From: Eledone cirrhosa
Taxonomy: Eukaryota
Length of the DNA: 64,000 nucleotides
Reading direction: 5' to 3'
Assembly (NCBI GenBank): GCA_964016885.1
Contig: OZ024760.1
Coordinates: 21,700,001-21,764,000 of the forward strand
Shown piece after piece: positions 32,811 to 46,285 of the stretch. The first letter of the stretch is position 1. Each line of letters opens with the position of its first letter. A model generated the notes under the pieces. That model saw nothing but the letters and a program-made list of their open reading frames with translations, ran no database searches and had not been told where the DNA came from. Both the position numbers and the translations under genes were made by a program.

Positions 32811-33980
32811 TTGTTAGAAGACCCCTTAACCCTGATAATGTACTCCCGCTACGTTGATGATATAAACATCGTAGTTAAAACACCCCCACTAGAGAACAGT
32901 CAGGAATTAGAGAAAAACACAATGGAAAGCATCCAGCAAATAGCTAACTCCATCCACCAGAGTATTAGAGTTACTATAGACTACCCAAGTAAACACCCCA
33001 ACCATCGATTACCTGTACTAGACACAGAGCTCTGGTTAGATACCATTAATAACAAAAAACAAATCCTCCATTCCCATTATGCCAAACCCATGACTTCCAA
33101 ATATCTGATCCACCGAAACTCAGCTGTTTCGGACCATACCAAAATCAACATACTGATTGCGGATTTGGTACGGGTGATGAGAAACGTGTCCCGCATATGC
33201 AACCCCGAAGAACTAGAGAGACACATACAAGACTTCATCCACCGTATGCAGTTCTCTGGTTACAATCAGAGAGATAAAATCAGAGTGTATAGAGGAGCCA
33301 GAACCAAATGGGAAAAAATGGTAAATAATGACACAAATGGGACCTGCCCCTTGTATAGGAGCAAATTTTGGAATAGAATAGAAAGAACTAGGAATAAGGC
33401 TAATAGAATAAACTCATGGTATGATAGCAATAAATACCAGAGTGTAATGTTCATCGATACAACCCCTAGAGGTGAATTAGCTTACAAATTTAGAAGGGCC
33501 CTAGACAAACATAAACTCAATATTAAGATAGTAGAAAGACCAGGTACCTCCGTAAAAACACTTATTAGCAAGACATACCCTTTTCAAAGACCCCCCTGTA
33601 TAGATAAGAAATGTATAACCTGTAAATTAAGCCCCCATATTAACTGTAAAACTAGAAATGTAGTATATAGCATAAGATGTACTGAAGGACAATGTAGAGA
33701 CAAAAATATAGTGTACATAGGTGATACAGCTCGTAGTGTAGGGGAACGGATAAATGAACAGTGGCGAGACCTTCAAGATAGTAAAGAATCATCTGTACTC
33801 TACCAACATGCTAAAATAGTACATAAGGTTAAATTAGAGAACATAGAAATAAAAATAGAATCTACACACAGAAAAGACGCAATGTTTAGACAAATCACAG
33901 AGGCAATAAACATAAAAAAATTACAACCAAAATTAAATAGAAAATATGAGTGGAACAGCAACATCACAACTTACAACTAA
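32811..33980 (+). mobile_element. Penelope-like retroelement, 5'-truncated ORF (RT C-terminus/thumb, Cys-rich linker, GIY-YIG endonuclease)
   Basis: RYVDD catalytic motif, LPVLD, HYAKP, CxxxxCxxC linker (CIDKKCITC), VVYSIRC..C..VYIGDTAR, conserved His and RQITEA..LN; 389 codons without a stop. Confidence 0.95.
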
Positions 33981-34085
33981 GGACAAAATGAAAACACACA
34001 CGCACATAGAACAAACAACCAACCTGTAACATGTAAATAAACAAATAAATAAACGAATATAAACACACACAGACACCCGGATGCA

Positions 34086-34332
34086 AAAGCACGGCAAAAA
34101 AGCACCCAGCCCACACTGTAAAGTGGACGTGTAGGCGCCACGAAAAAGCACCCAGCACTCACTGTAAATGAGGTTGGTGTTAGGAAGGGCATCCAGCTGT
34201 AGAAATCAAGCCAAATCAGTTCCTGTATGAGCAAGGCATGGTCAGCCGATCAGACACTGCCCACAACAGGACAACCCGTCTAACCCATGCTAGCGTGGAA
34301 GAACGGACGTAAAACGGTGATGATGATGATGA
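34086..34332 (+). mobile_element. SINE family 2, 3' portion, lying in or behind the PLE 3' UTR
   Basis: Two 49-bp-type units (AAAAAGCACCCAGC..CACTGTAAA), GTTAGGAAGGGCATCCAGC, RTE-like tail and (GAT)n. Confidence 0.9.
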
Positions 34333-34355
34333 TATATATATATATATACCCACTT

Positions 34356-34390
34356 TTCTCCTGAAGAAGGACTTATGCCCGACACGTCGC
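34356..34390 (+). ncRNA. Degenerate hammerhead motif downstream of the PLE ORF
   Basis: CTGAAGA-AGGACTTATGCCC-GACA(for GAAA)-CG-TC; AATAAA at 34424. Confidence 0.45.
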
Positions 34391-34634
34391 TCCCCACTCC
34401 CCCACACTCAAGAGCATGAAACTAATAAACCTTTTTTTGTACTGCCTCTGTTTTGTTCCCGTTCCATTTTTCACTATATATATATATATATAAATATATA
34501 TATATTGCTTTTGAAAACAGCTGGTGATATGCATGTAAGTAAATATTCTCTTTATCTTGTAACTAACCTTACATAGATCAATAATTAAGTATAGCTACAA
34601 TGTATTATCGTCATCTAGAAACGATCGTAAAGCA

Positions 34635-34711
<77 letters not shown>

Positions 34712-34714
34712 ATA

Positions 34715-34881
34715 GTCCACACTGTAAACGTGGTGGTGTTAGGAAGGGCATCCAGCCATAGAAAACCCGCCAGACAGTCCTATACGAGCAGGACAACAAA
34801 TCTTGCCTCAAGTGGGAAAACTCCCGTCCAAACCCATGCAAGCGTGGAAGATGGACGTTAAACGATGATGATGATGATGAT
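34715..34881 (+). mobile_element. SINE family 2, 3' fragment
   Basis: GGTGTTAGGAAGGGCATCCAGCC...CCCATGCAAGCGTGGAAGATGGACGTTAAACGATGATG. Confidence 0.85.
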
Positions 34882-35000
34882 ATATATTTATATATATATA
34901 TATAGAGATATATTAAAATATAAGTATTAATAAATAGATGTTCTTTTACATTTTATTATTTAATCTTAACCATTTAACATCTCAGGGTATGTCATGTATC

Positions 35001-35062
35001 ATTATATTTTGTGTGATGAGGACGTACTCTTGTACATCCGAAATATGTATAAAAAATGTAAT
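35001..35062 (+). ncRNA. Degenerate hammerhead motif (C3 to G)
   Basis: ATTATATTTTGT-GTGATGA-GGACGTAC TCTT GTACATCC-GAAA-TATGTA-TA-AAAAATGTAAT. Confidence 0.55.
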
Positions 35063-35997
35063 TGATCAAAAGAACATCTATTTTATTAATACTTACATTT
35101 TAATATTAATAACTCCTGAAAAATTTTTTTTGACCATTGAGTGCTTCCAATCTACTGTAAAACTCATTCTTTCACATAATCATCGAATATTGTTAAACAA
35201 CTTAATTATATATATATATATAATTTGGTGCTCCAGCATAACATTGTACATATAAATGTATGTATTGTATATTGAATAATATACAGGAGTTTTTATAGAA
35301 AACATTTCAAGGTCTTTTGTTGTGAATTTTTAACCTTGTTTCCAACATCATACACCCAACCTCAGCAAAAGGAAGGGGAAGTAATCGATAATGCATCATT
35401 TCTCACTCTTTTGTGTTTATCAAGACTACATATAGCTGCACTTCTGTTGAGGTTATAGCTTTTTGCTTCTGTATATGAGTTGATCAGACTCATTTGCATA
35501 CGGAGTGGTAGCCGGCCATGCTTGAATGAAACTATTTCTATTGGCGTCCAACATAGCGGAAGACACATAAATAAAGATATTGAATATTGAATAATTACAG
35601 GATGTTTATTAAAAACATTTCAGAGCCTTTCAATGCACATAGGCACACAAGGTACATACATATACCAACAGAAACCTCAAATCTATAAATGGTGCTTTTA
35701 ATTATTTAGAATCAGTGTTTAAATGAAAGAAGGATATTTTTTATGAGAGATATATAACAAGTGACAAGAAAATCTCAGGAATTCTTTCACAAATACAGCA
35801 ATGTGCTCAGAAAATAGGGAAAAGTGAAGTATTTAAATAGAAAAAAAAAAAAAAAATCCTATTTCGTTTGAAACCTAATAAAAGATTTGATTCATTCTTA
35901 TATAGTTGTTGTATGTTTTGTTAAAATATTATTTAATGGTGCTTATATCACAACTAGCCATCATAGTTGGGATATAAGCACCATTATTTAATTTGCC

Positions 35998-36757
35998 CGA
36001 TAGAGAGCACAGCTCAGAGATCAGAGAGTCACTCCAGGTAGAGCCACTACTTCTCTGAATTGAGAGATCACAGCTCCAATACTATGGACATGTGGTTAGA
36101 ATGTCTCAGGAAAGAATCACTGGACAGATTTGTAACTCGGAGATCAGAGAGTCACTCCAGGTAGAGCCACTACTTCTCCGAATTGAGAGATCACAGCTCC
36201 AATACTATGGACATGTGGTTAGAATGTCTCAGGAAAGAATCGCTGGACAGATTTGTAACTCGGAGATCAGAGAGTCACTCCAAGTAGAGCCACTACTTCT
36301 CCGAATTGAGAGATCACAGCTCCAATACTATGGACATGTGGTTAGAATGTCTCAGGAAAGAATCGCTGGACAGATTTGTAACTCAGAGATCAGAGAGTCA
36401 TTCCAGGTAGACGCACTACTTCTCTGAATTGAGAGATCACAGCTCTGACAGTACACGCATGTGGTTAGAATGTCTCAGGAAAGAATCGCTGGACAGATTT
36501 GTAACTCAGAGATCAGAGAGTCACTCCAGGTAGACCCACTACTTCTCTGAATTGAGAGATCACAGCTCTGACAGTACACGCATGTGGTTAGAATGTCTCA
36601 GGAAAGAATTGCTGGCCAGATTTTACGAGCAAAACCAACTGGCAAGAGACCTAGGAGGTAGACCCCGAATAAGATGGTTGGATAACATCCACGAGCTTGG
36701 CTGGTCTCACTTGGGGATCCAGCCAGATCTGTTAGAGACAGTTGCTTCTGACAGGAC
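35998..36757 (+). pseudogene. RTE-type LINE 3' fragment with a 120-bp segment tandemly repeated about 5 times
   Basis: Repeated peptide NSEIRESLQVEPLLLRIERSQLQYYGHVVRMSQERI, then GRPRIRWLDNI..VASDR. Confidence 0.85.
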
Positions 36758-37269
36758 ACACTGTGTGTGTATGTGTGTATGAAATTACGTGCATGCATTT
36801 GTCTGTATATGTGAATGTGTGTGTATGTGTGAATGTGTGTGTGTGTGTTTGTGTGTGAATATGTGTAAGTGTAAGTGCTTGCGTGTATATGTGAATGTGT
36901 GTGTATGTATGTGTGTATGTGTGTGTATGTGTGTGAATGTGTGTGAATGTGTCTATGTGTATGTATGTGAATGTGTGTAAGTGTTGTGTGTATATACAGC
37001 TAGAACTTTCACAGCTGTAGTATGTATAAACAGTGTTTTGAAAAGTCAGCAGTGAGGAATTGGTATTGGCTGTTGTGTGTTTAGTTAGCTGTTAGTCATA
37101 TATCGCTTATGTAAGTATTTTACATACACATACTCACACTCACATACACATGCATACACTCACACACACACACACACCTGCCGCACATATACATGCATGT
37201 GCGTACACACGCACACACATGCATACACACCCACCCACTCAAACAATTACACACGTATTTACACAATTA

Positions 37270-37748
37270 AATAATAATTGTCTTTAAATTCTGATCCAAG
37301 ACCAAACAGGAATATCAATCAAATCAACTCCAGTGACTCTATATTTTAACTACCCCAGTGCATAACTGGTATTATATATATTTTATCAACGCCAGTAAGG
37401 ATGGCAAGCAAAGCTAACCTCTGTGAAATTTGAACTGAGAATGTAAAGGGTCGTAACTCTATGCCACAAAGCATATTGTCCAATGCTCTAAAAATTCTAC
37501 TGTCCTCCATTTGGTGAATAATAATAATTTCTGATATAGGCACAAGTCCAGCAATTTTGGGGGACGGGGGAAGTCGATTAAATTGACCCCAGTACATTAC
37601 TGGTACTTTATTTTATCGACCCCCGTGAGGATGAAAGGCAAAGTCAACCTCGGCGGAATTTGAACTCAGACCGTAAAGGGACGTAACTCCATGTCGCAAA
37701 GCATGGCTACTGACGTTCTACTTACTGATACTGCCAATCTACTGCCTT
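37270..37748 (-). mobile_element. Two adjacent SINE family 1 copies
   Basis: Family cores at ~37380 and ~37610. Confidence 0.8.
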
Positions 37749-38079
37749 TATATTAATATTAATCATCATCATCATCATCATCATCATTTAACACTGTGAG
37801 AGACACCAGGTCCGACAACCGTGACTTGCTCACACAGGACTGGTTTGGGGCCAGGTTTCTACGGCTGGGGGATGGTGGGGGTGGGGGTGGTGGTGGTGGG
37901 GGAGATGGTGGGGTGGTGGTGGTGGTGGGCGAGATATGGTGGGGTGGTGGTGGTGGTGGTGATGGTGGTGGTGATGGTGGTGGTGGACTGGTTTGGGCCA
38001 GGTTTCTACGGCTGGGTGACTTTCCCAACACCAACCATTTACAGTGAGGGCCGGCTGTATTTTCTCAATACTATTACTA

Positions 38080-39345
38080 ATAATAATAGTGATGGTGGTG
38101 GTGGTGGTGATGGTGGTGATGGTGGTGATGATGGTGGTGATGGTGGTGGTGGTAGTGATGGTGGTGATGATGATGGTGATGGTGTCAATGATGGTGGTGA
38201 TGATGATGATGGTGATGATGATGATGGTGATGATGATGGTGATGGTGTCAATGATGGTGGTGATGGTGATGATGATGGTGGTGATGATGATGATGGTGGT
38301 GGTGATGGTGGTGGTGGTGATGGTGTCAATGATGATGATGATGATGACCTTGTGCCAGTGTTTAGAAATCATTACTATTGTTATTCCTAACTTGATTTAA
38401 ATCCAACAACAGAAGCAATAAAATCTCAATAAGATTGAATCAAAACAATAACACCACCACCACCACCTATACCACTACAACCTATACCACCACCACCACC
38501 ACCTATACCACCACCACTTATACCACTACCACCTATACCACCACCACCATCACCACCTATACCACTACCACCTATACCACTACCACCTATACCACTACCA
38601 ACACCACCTATACCACCACCACCTATACCACTACCATCAACACCACTACTACCACCACCACCAGCACTACTACCATTACCACCACTACCAACAACACCAC
38701 CACCACCGACAACGACAACAACATCACCACCACCACCACCGCCACTGCTACCACTACCATCACCATCATCACCACTACCACCACCATTATCATCACCACT
38801 ACCATCACCACCACCACCTATACCACGACCTATACCACTACCATCAACACCGTTACCACAACCACCACCACCATTACCACCACCATCAACATCACCACCA
38901 CTACTATCACCACCACTACCACCACCACCACTACCATTACCAACATCACCACCACCACCACTACCACCACCACCACCTATACCACTACCATCAACACTGC
39001 TACCACCACTACTACCACCACCAACACCACAACCAACACCACCATTACCACCACCATCAACATCAACATCAACACCACTACCACTACCACTACTACTACC
39101 ATTAGCATTACCATCAACATCACCACCACTATCATCACCACCACCACTACTACCATTACCATCAACATCACCACCACCACTACTACTACCATTACCATCA
39201 ACATCATCACCACCACTACTACCATTACCATCAACATCACCACCACCACCACCACCACTACCATTAACATCACCATCACCACTACTACTACCATTACCAT
39301 CAACATCACCACCACCACCACTACCACCACCACCACCACCATCAC
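38080..39345. repeat. (GGT/GAT)n followed by (ACC/ACT/ATC)n trinucleotide tracts
   Basis: Direct reading. Confidence 0.9.
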
Positions 39346-39914
39346 TTCTGTTACCATTAGATATCAATAACAACGATACGTTTGGTACAAGCGTTCAAAG
39401 GAATAGATTTGAAGAGTTGATTGGTTCTTAATCCTTACTGTCATATATAGGTAAATAGGATGTGGTGGGGTGGTGGTGGTGGTAGGTGGGGTGGTGGTGG
39501 TAGGTGGGGTGGTGGTGGTGGTGGGGGAGATGGTGGGGTGGTGGTGGTGGTGGTGGTGGAGATGGGGGTGTAGTGATGTGATGTGGTGATGTGTTCCTTA
39601 CTGACACTACACATTTATAGGTAAATAGATCGGATGTGGGTGGGCGAGATGGTGGTGGTGGTGGTGGTGGTGGTGGAGATGGTGGGGTGGTAGTGTAGTG
39701 GTGTGATGTGGTGATGTGTTCCTTACTGACACTACACATTTATAGGTAAATAGATCGGATGTTGGTGGGCGAGTTGGTGGTGTGGTGTGATGCACTAGAG
39801 TGTTTTACTTTCTTTCTCCTCTTTCTGTGTTTATATATACTAGCAGAAAAACCACCATTTGGGTGGTTTTCTGCTAACAGGTGTAGTGTGCATGTTTATA
39901 TTATATGCAAATAT

Positions 39915-40433
39915 ATATGGATGGGTTGGAAGAAATTTAGGGAGCTGCTTCCTCTGTTGACAAAGAAGCGTTTCTCCCTGTGTACGAAAGGACAGTTATA
40001 TGATGCTTGTGTGAGATGTGCGATGCTGCATGGTAGTGAGACATGGGCAGCAACTGCAGAAGATATTCGATGGCTGGAGAGAAATAAAGCCAGTATGCTC
40101 CATTGGATGTGTAATGTCAATGTACGTGAAAGCCCAAGCATAGATGAGTTGAGAAAGAAACTGGGTATAAGAGGGATAAGTTGTGGTGTGCCGGAGAGAA
40201 GGCTGAGATGGTATGGACATGTGATGCGCATGGAGGATAGGAAGACGCAGTAGAAGTAGACCACGAAAAACATGGGCGGAAGTGGTGAGAGCAGACCTTA
40301 GATCGCTGAAACTCAGAGAGGAGATGACGAAGGACCGTGACAAGTGGAGAGATGCTGTGCTGAATAGGACCCGTCCAACCCTTGCAAGGAGGGAAAAGCG
40401 GACGTAAAAGGATGATGATGATGATGATGATGA
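39915..40433 (+). pseudogene. RTE-type LINE 3' end (second family) with (GAT)n tail
   Basis: WKKFRELLPLLT..LYDACVRCAMLHGSETW..RRLRWYGHVMRM, then RPRKTWAEVVRADL..DRDKWR; ends CCGTCCAACCCTTGCAAG..GGACGTAAAAGGATGATG. Confidence 0.9.
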
Positions 40434-40826
40434 TACATGCATGTAGATATGATATGTCAAATAAAATCATAATTGACAATATGCACAGAAATTGAAGAGA
40501 GAGACTGTGTTGTGTTACACCCTCTTCTTTTAATCAGTAAAGTAATCCATGACACATTTAAAAAAAGACGATATTATATATAAACTACATTATGGTGAAA
40601 TGTAATGAAACCTTATATAACGATGCAACTATATGGATGTCTATATAGGCAATGTAATAAGTGTTATGATATAACGGATGCTAACCGGAAATGTAAACGT
40701 TTGAACATTTTAAAAGAAGTGAATCTTAAAATAAGCAATCATTATATATAAGAATATTTATGTTTAATTAACAGCTACGAAATTTAGTAAATAAATTATG
40801 TAATATTCATTCATTATTTATTCAAA

Positions 40827-41215
40827 GGGCGGTGAATTGGCAGTATCGGTGGAGGGTCGGACGCCATGCTTTCTAGCATAGTTACGACCCTTTACGATCT
40901 GAGTTCAAATCCCGCCGAGGTTGACTTTGCCTTTCATCCTTACGGGGTCGATAAAATAAAGTACCAGTAATGCACTGGGTAATTGCTGGCCTTGTGCCTA
41001 ACGTAGAAACAATTATTTATTCAAAGTGGATTGGCAGTATCGGTAGAGGGTCGGACACCATGCTTTGACGCATAGAGTTACGGCCCTTGCCATTCTGAGT
41101 TCAAATCCCGCCAACGTTAACTTTGCCTTTCATCCTTACGGGCGTCGATAAAATAAAGTACCAGTAATGCACTGTGATAATTGCTGGCCTTGTGCCAAAA
41201 GTAGAAACAATTATT
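40827..41215 (+). mobile_element. Two tandem SINE family 1 copies of different subfamilies
   Basis: First has CCCTTTACGATCTGAG, second has CCCTTGCCATTCTGAG; TTATTCAAAG duplicated around the first. Confidence 0.9.
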
Positions 41216-41226
41216 ATAGTTGATAC

Positions 41227-41879
41227 TTAAACCCTTTAGTGTTCAAACCGGCCCAAACCGGCCAGAATTTTCTACCTCTTTCTGTTGAAACTGGCTGTAA
41301 CTGGTCACTCAAACTGATGTTAAGGTATTGTTCTCAAAATAAATACTTTCAAAATCTCATAGATTCGATATTATGTGAGATAATTAAGTGAGGTAAAGAT
41401 AAATTAATAGTAAATATATAAATATAATAGTATATATAAAATAATTGTTTCTACTTTTGGCACAAGGCCAGCAAATACCCAATACATTACTGGTACTTTT
41501 TTTTTAATCGACCCCGTAAGGATGAAAGGCAAAGTTAACCTTGGTGGGATTTGAACTCAGACCAAAAAGGGACGTAACTTTGCTGCAAAGCATGGCGTCC
41601 GACCCTCTACCAATACTGCCAATCGACCGCGCTTATATATATATAAAATAATTGTCTCTACTTTAGGCACAAGGCCAGCAATTACTCACTGTATGACTGG
41701 TACTTTTTTTTTTATCGACCCCCGTAAGGATGAAAGGCAAAGTCAACCTCGGCGGGATTTGAACTCAGAACGTAAAGGGACGTAACTATGCTGGAAAGCA
41801 TGGCGTCCGACCCTCTACTGATACTGCCAATCCACCGCCCTTATATATATATAAAATACTGTGAATGCTAAAGGGTTAA
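41227..41879. mobile_element. piggyBac-like MITE interrupted by two minus-strand SINE family 1 copies (41444-41840)
   Basis: TTAA(A)CCCTTTAG ... CTAAAGGG-TTAA termini. Confidence 0.8.
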
Positions 41880-42777
41880 AGGGAATACCTCGAAAATATA
41901 CAACAAAAATTGCCATGAAGAATTAGGTAAGAAGAATGAAAGAGGAAATGTTTAGAGAAGGGAAAGACAAGCTAAGGAAGAATATAATGGTAGAATGAAA
42001 GAAGGCAGAAGACAGAAATAATGAGAACAATCTAGAAAATGACAGACTGAAGAAGAGAGAAAATAAAGAGAAGGGGAAATAGAATAACACAGTCTCGCCT
42101 TCCTATCTTCCCGCCTTCCTTCCTTTTTAGTAACATACATAGATATACATACATACATACATACGTACATACACACACATATACATCTGTCTGTCTCTGT
42201 CTGTCAGTTTGTCCCTCTGTCTGTCTCTCTGTCTGTCTCTCTCTCTGTCTGTCTGTCTGTCTGTCTGTCTGTGTCTCTGTCTGTCTGTGTCTGTCTGTGT
42301 GTCTGTCTGTGTGTCTGTCTCTCTGTCTGTCTCTCTCTCTGTCTGTCTCTCTGTCTGTCTCTCTCTCTGTCTGTCTCTCTCTCTGTCTGTCTCTCTCTCT
42401 GTCTGTCTCTCTCTCTGTCTCTCTGTCTGTCTCTCTGTCTGTCTCTCTGTCTGTCTCTCTGTCTGTCTCTCTGTCTGTCTCTCTGTCTGTCTCTCTGTCT
42501 GTCTCTCTGTCTGTCTCTCTGTCTGTCTGTGTATCTATCTGTGTGTGTGCGTGCGTGTGTGTGCATGTATGTCTGTTTGACTGTCTGTGTATCTATCTGT
42601 GCATGTTTGTATGTGCATGTGTGTTTGTCTGTGTAACTGCCTGTGTGTGTGTGCCTGTCTGTATATCACGTGGTTGGGAATGAGATAGATAGATAGAGAG
42701 TGAGTAGAATGTTTTTATGTGAGTTGGATATTTAGTGGTAAAAATTGTGGATTATCACCAATATTTGTGGTTATACT

Positions 42778-44070
42778 GTCTCAAGAAAGAATCACTGGAC
42801 AGATTTGTAGCTCAGAGATCAGAGAGTCATTCCAGGGAGAGACATTACTTCTCCGAATTGAGAGATCACAGCTCTGACACTATGAACATGTGACATGTGG
42901 TTAGAATGTCTCAAGAAAGAATCACTGGACAGATTTGTAGCTCAGAGATCAGAGAGTCATTCCAGGGAGACACAACTTCTCCGAATTGAGAGATCACAGC
43001 TCTGACACTATGGACATGTGACATGTGGTTAGAATGTCTCAGGAAAGAATCACTGGACAGATTTGTAGCTCAGAGATCAGAGAGTCATTCCAGGGAGACA
43101 CAACTTCTCCGAATTGAGAGATCACAGCTCTGACACTATGGACATGTGACATGTGGTTAGAATGTCTCAAGAAAGAATCACTGGACAGATTTGTAGCTCA
43201 GAGATCAGAGAGTCATTCCAGGGAGACACAACTTCTCCGAATTGAGAGATCACAGCTCTGACACTATGGACATGTGACATGTGGTTAGAATGTCTCAAGA
43301 AAGAATCACTGGACAGATTTGTAGCTCAGAGATCAGAGAGTCATTCCAGGGAAAGACACTACTTCTCCGAATTGAGAGATCACAGCTCTGACACTATGGA
43401 CATGTGACATGTGGTTAGAATGTCTCAGGAAAGAATCACTGGACAGATTTGTAGCTCAGAGATCAGAGAGTCATTCCAGGGAGACACAACTTCTCCGAAT
43501 TGAGAGATCACAGCTCTGACACTATGGACATGTGGACATGTGGTTAGAATGTCTCAAGAGAGAATCACTGGACAGATTTGTAGCTCAGAGATCAGAGAGT
43601 CATTCCAGGGAGAGACACTACTTCTCCGAATTGAGAGATCACAGCTCTGACACTATGGACATGTGGACATGTGGTTAGAATGTCTCAAGAGAGAATCACT
43701 GGACAGATTTGTAGCTCAGAGATCAGAGAGTCACTCCAGGGAGAGACACTACTTCTCCGAATTGAGAGATCACAGCTTCGATATTATGGACATGTGGTTA
43801 TAATGTCTCAGAAAAGAATTGCTGGACAGATTTTATGGGCAAAAACCAGCCCAAGGGTAGACCCCAAGCAAGATGGTTGGATAACATCCATGAGCTTGGT
43901 TGGTCACACTTGGGGATCCAGCTGGATCAGTTGGAGATGGTTGCTTCTGATAGGACTCTCTGGAAGGAGTGTTTGAGGACTCTGCCCCCCCCCCCCCCCC
44001 CCCCCCCATGACACTCTCAGGAATAAGTGGGCGAAGAAGAAGAAGAAGAAGAACAAGAACAAGAAGGAGA
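42778..44070 (+). pseudogene. RTE-type LINE 3' end with a ~125-bp segment tandemly repeated about 8 times; (GAA)n tail
   Basis: Same LINE segment as the 36-kb array, carrying a CATGTG duplication; ends TCAGGAATAAGTGGGC(GAA)n. Confidence 0.85.
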
Positions 44071-44718
44071 AGAATATTTGTTTGCTATTGGTGTAATATA
44101 GAGTGGTTATATTTAAGAAAGTGATCAGCTGGTGCTGATGTTGTTGTGGCAGTTGTATGGGTAGTGGTTGTACAGTGGTTGTAGAGCTGATGTGGTAGTA
44201 TGTGAATGGTGATGGTGGTAGTATGTGAACGGTGATGATGATGATGATGATGATGATGATTATGATGATGATGATGGTGGTGTGTTGGTGTGTGATGAAA
44301 TTGTATTGATGTTTGTAGTAGCAATAGCGACCTTAACAAAAGGTTAGGATGTGATGATGATGATGATGTTGGTCTTGATGATGGTGATGATGATGATGAT
44401 CGTGATGTTGTTGTTGGTGATGTTTGTGGTGGTGGTGGTGGTGGTGGTGATGATGATTCTAATAATTGTTTCTACTTTGGGCACAAGGCCAGCAATTATC
44501 CCAGTGTATTACTGGTACCTTATGTTATGGACCTCGCAAGGATGAAAGGCAAAGTTAATGATTCTAATAATGATGGTGATGATGATGGTGGTAGTGGTGA
44601 TGGTGGGGTTGATGCTGATGATTGTAATGATGATGGTGATGGTGGTGGTGATGATTCAGAGAAGGGAAAAAGAGAAAGAGAAATTTGAGCAGAAATAAAT
44701 AAGTTGTCTCCCTTACTT

Positions 44719-44753
<35 letters not shown>

Positions 44754-45200
44754 TACACACACACACACACACACACAGAAATATATAAACATACACGCCT
44801 CCCACACACCTGCACTTACATTGCAACATATCCACACACCTGTACCCATGCATCAGACATACACAAACACATACATATAGCCATATATACATATATATAT
44901 ATACACACACACAAACAAAAACACATGCAGATATACACTCATACACACAGAGACACATACACACACACACAAACACATGCAGATATACACTCATACACAC
45001 AGATACACACACAGACATACACACATGCATATATATACACACAAACATAAACACATGCAGATATACACTCATACACACGGAGACACATACACATATATAT
45101 ATATGCACACATACACATGCAGACATACGCACACAGATACACGTGTATATATACGTATATATATATATATATATATATATTCACACACATACAGACACAG

Positions 45201-45259
<59 letters not shown>

Positions 45260-45312
45260 CACTAACACATATATATATATACACACCCATATATATATAC
45301 ACACACACACAC

Positions 45313-45349
<37 letters not shown>

Positions 45350-45656
45350 TATATATATACACATACACACATATATACACACACAGACAAACACACACAT
45401 ACACATACACATACACACATATATACACACAGACACACACACACATATATATACACACAGACACACACACATATATATACACACACATATATATACACAT
45501 ACACACACACACATATATATACACACATATATATATACACATACACACACGCATATATATACACATACACACACACATATATATACACACACCTGATAAT
45601 TCTGCTGAGTCACAAGGGTGATGAAAGTGTATTATAGTTTTATTGTGATCAATATT

Positions 45657-46285
45657 TGGGGCAGGGTGGAGGTGGTGCAGGGAGAGGGGTGGTGGAGGTG
45701 GGGCAAGGAGAGGGGTGGGGGAGGTGGGGGCAGGGAGAGGGGTGGTGTAGGTGGGGCAGGGAGTGGGGTGGTGGAGGTGGGGGCGGGGAGTGGGATGGTG
45801 GGGTGGGGCAGGGAGAGGGGTGTGGAGGTGGGGGCAGAGGAGAGGGGTGGTGGAGGTGGGGGAAGGGAGAGGGGCTGGTGGAGGTGGGGGCAGTGGAGAG
45901 GGGTGGTGGAGGTGGGGCAGGGAGCGGGGTGGTGGAGGTGGGGGCAGGGAGCTGGGTGGTGGGGGCAGGGAGAGGGACGGTGGAGGTGGGGCAGGGAGAG
46001 GGGGGTGGAGGTGGGTGGCAGGGAGAGGGGTGGTGGAGGTGGGGGCGGGGAGAGGGGTGTGGAGGTGGGGGCAGAGAGTGGGGTGGTGAGGTGGGACAGT
46101 GAGAGGGGTGGTGGAGGTGGGGGCTGTGAGAGGGGTGGGGGAGGTGGGGGCAGGGCGAGGGATGGTGGAGGTGGGGGCAGTGAGAGGGGTGGTGGAGGAG
46201 GGGGCAGGGAGAGGGATGGGGGTGGAGGTGGGGGTGGGGGAGAGGGATGGTAGTAGTGGAGGGGAGAGAAGGAGTAGGAGGGAGG
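45657..46285. repeat. G-rich minisatellite (GGGGTGGTGGAGGTGGGGGCAGGGAGA), G-quadruplex-prone
   Basis: Dense G3-G5 runs. Confidence 0.85.
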
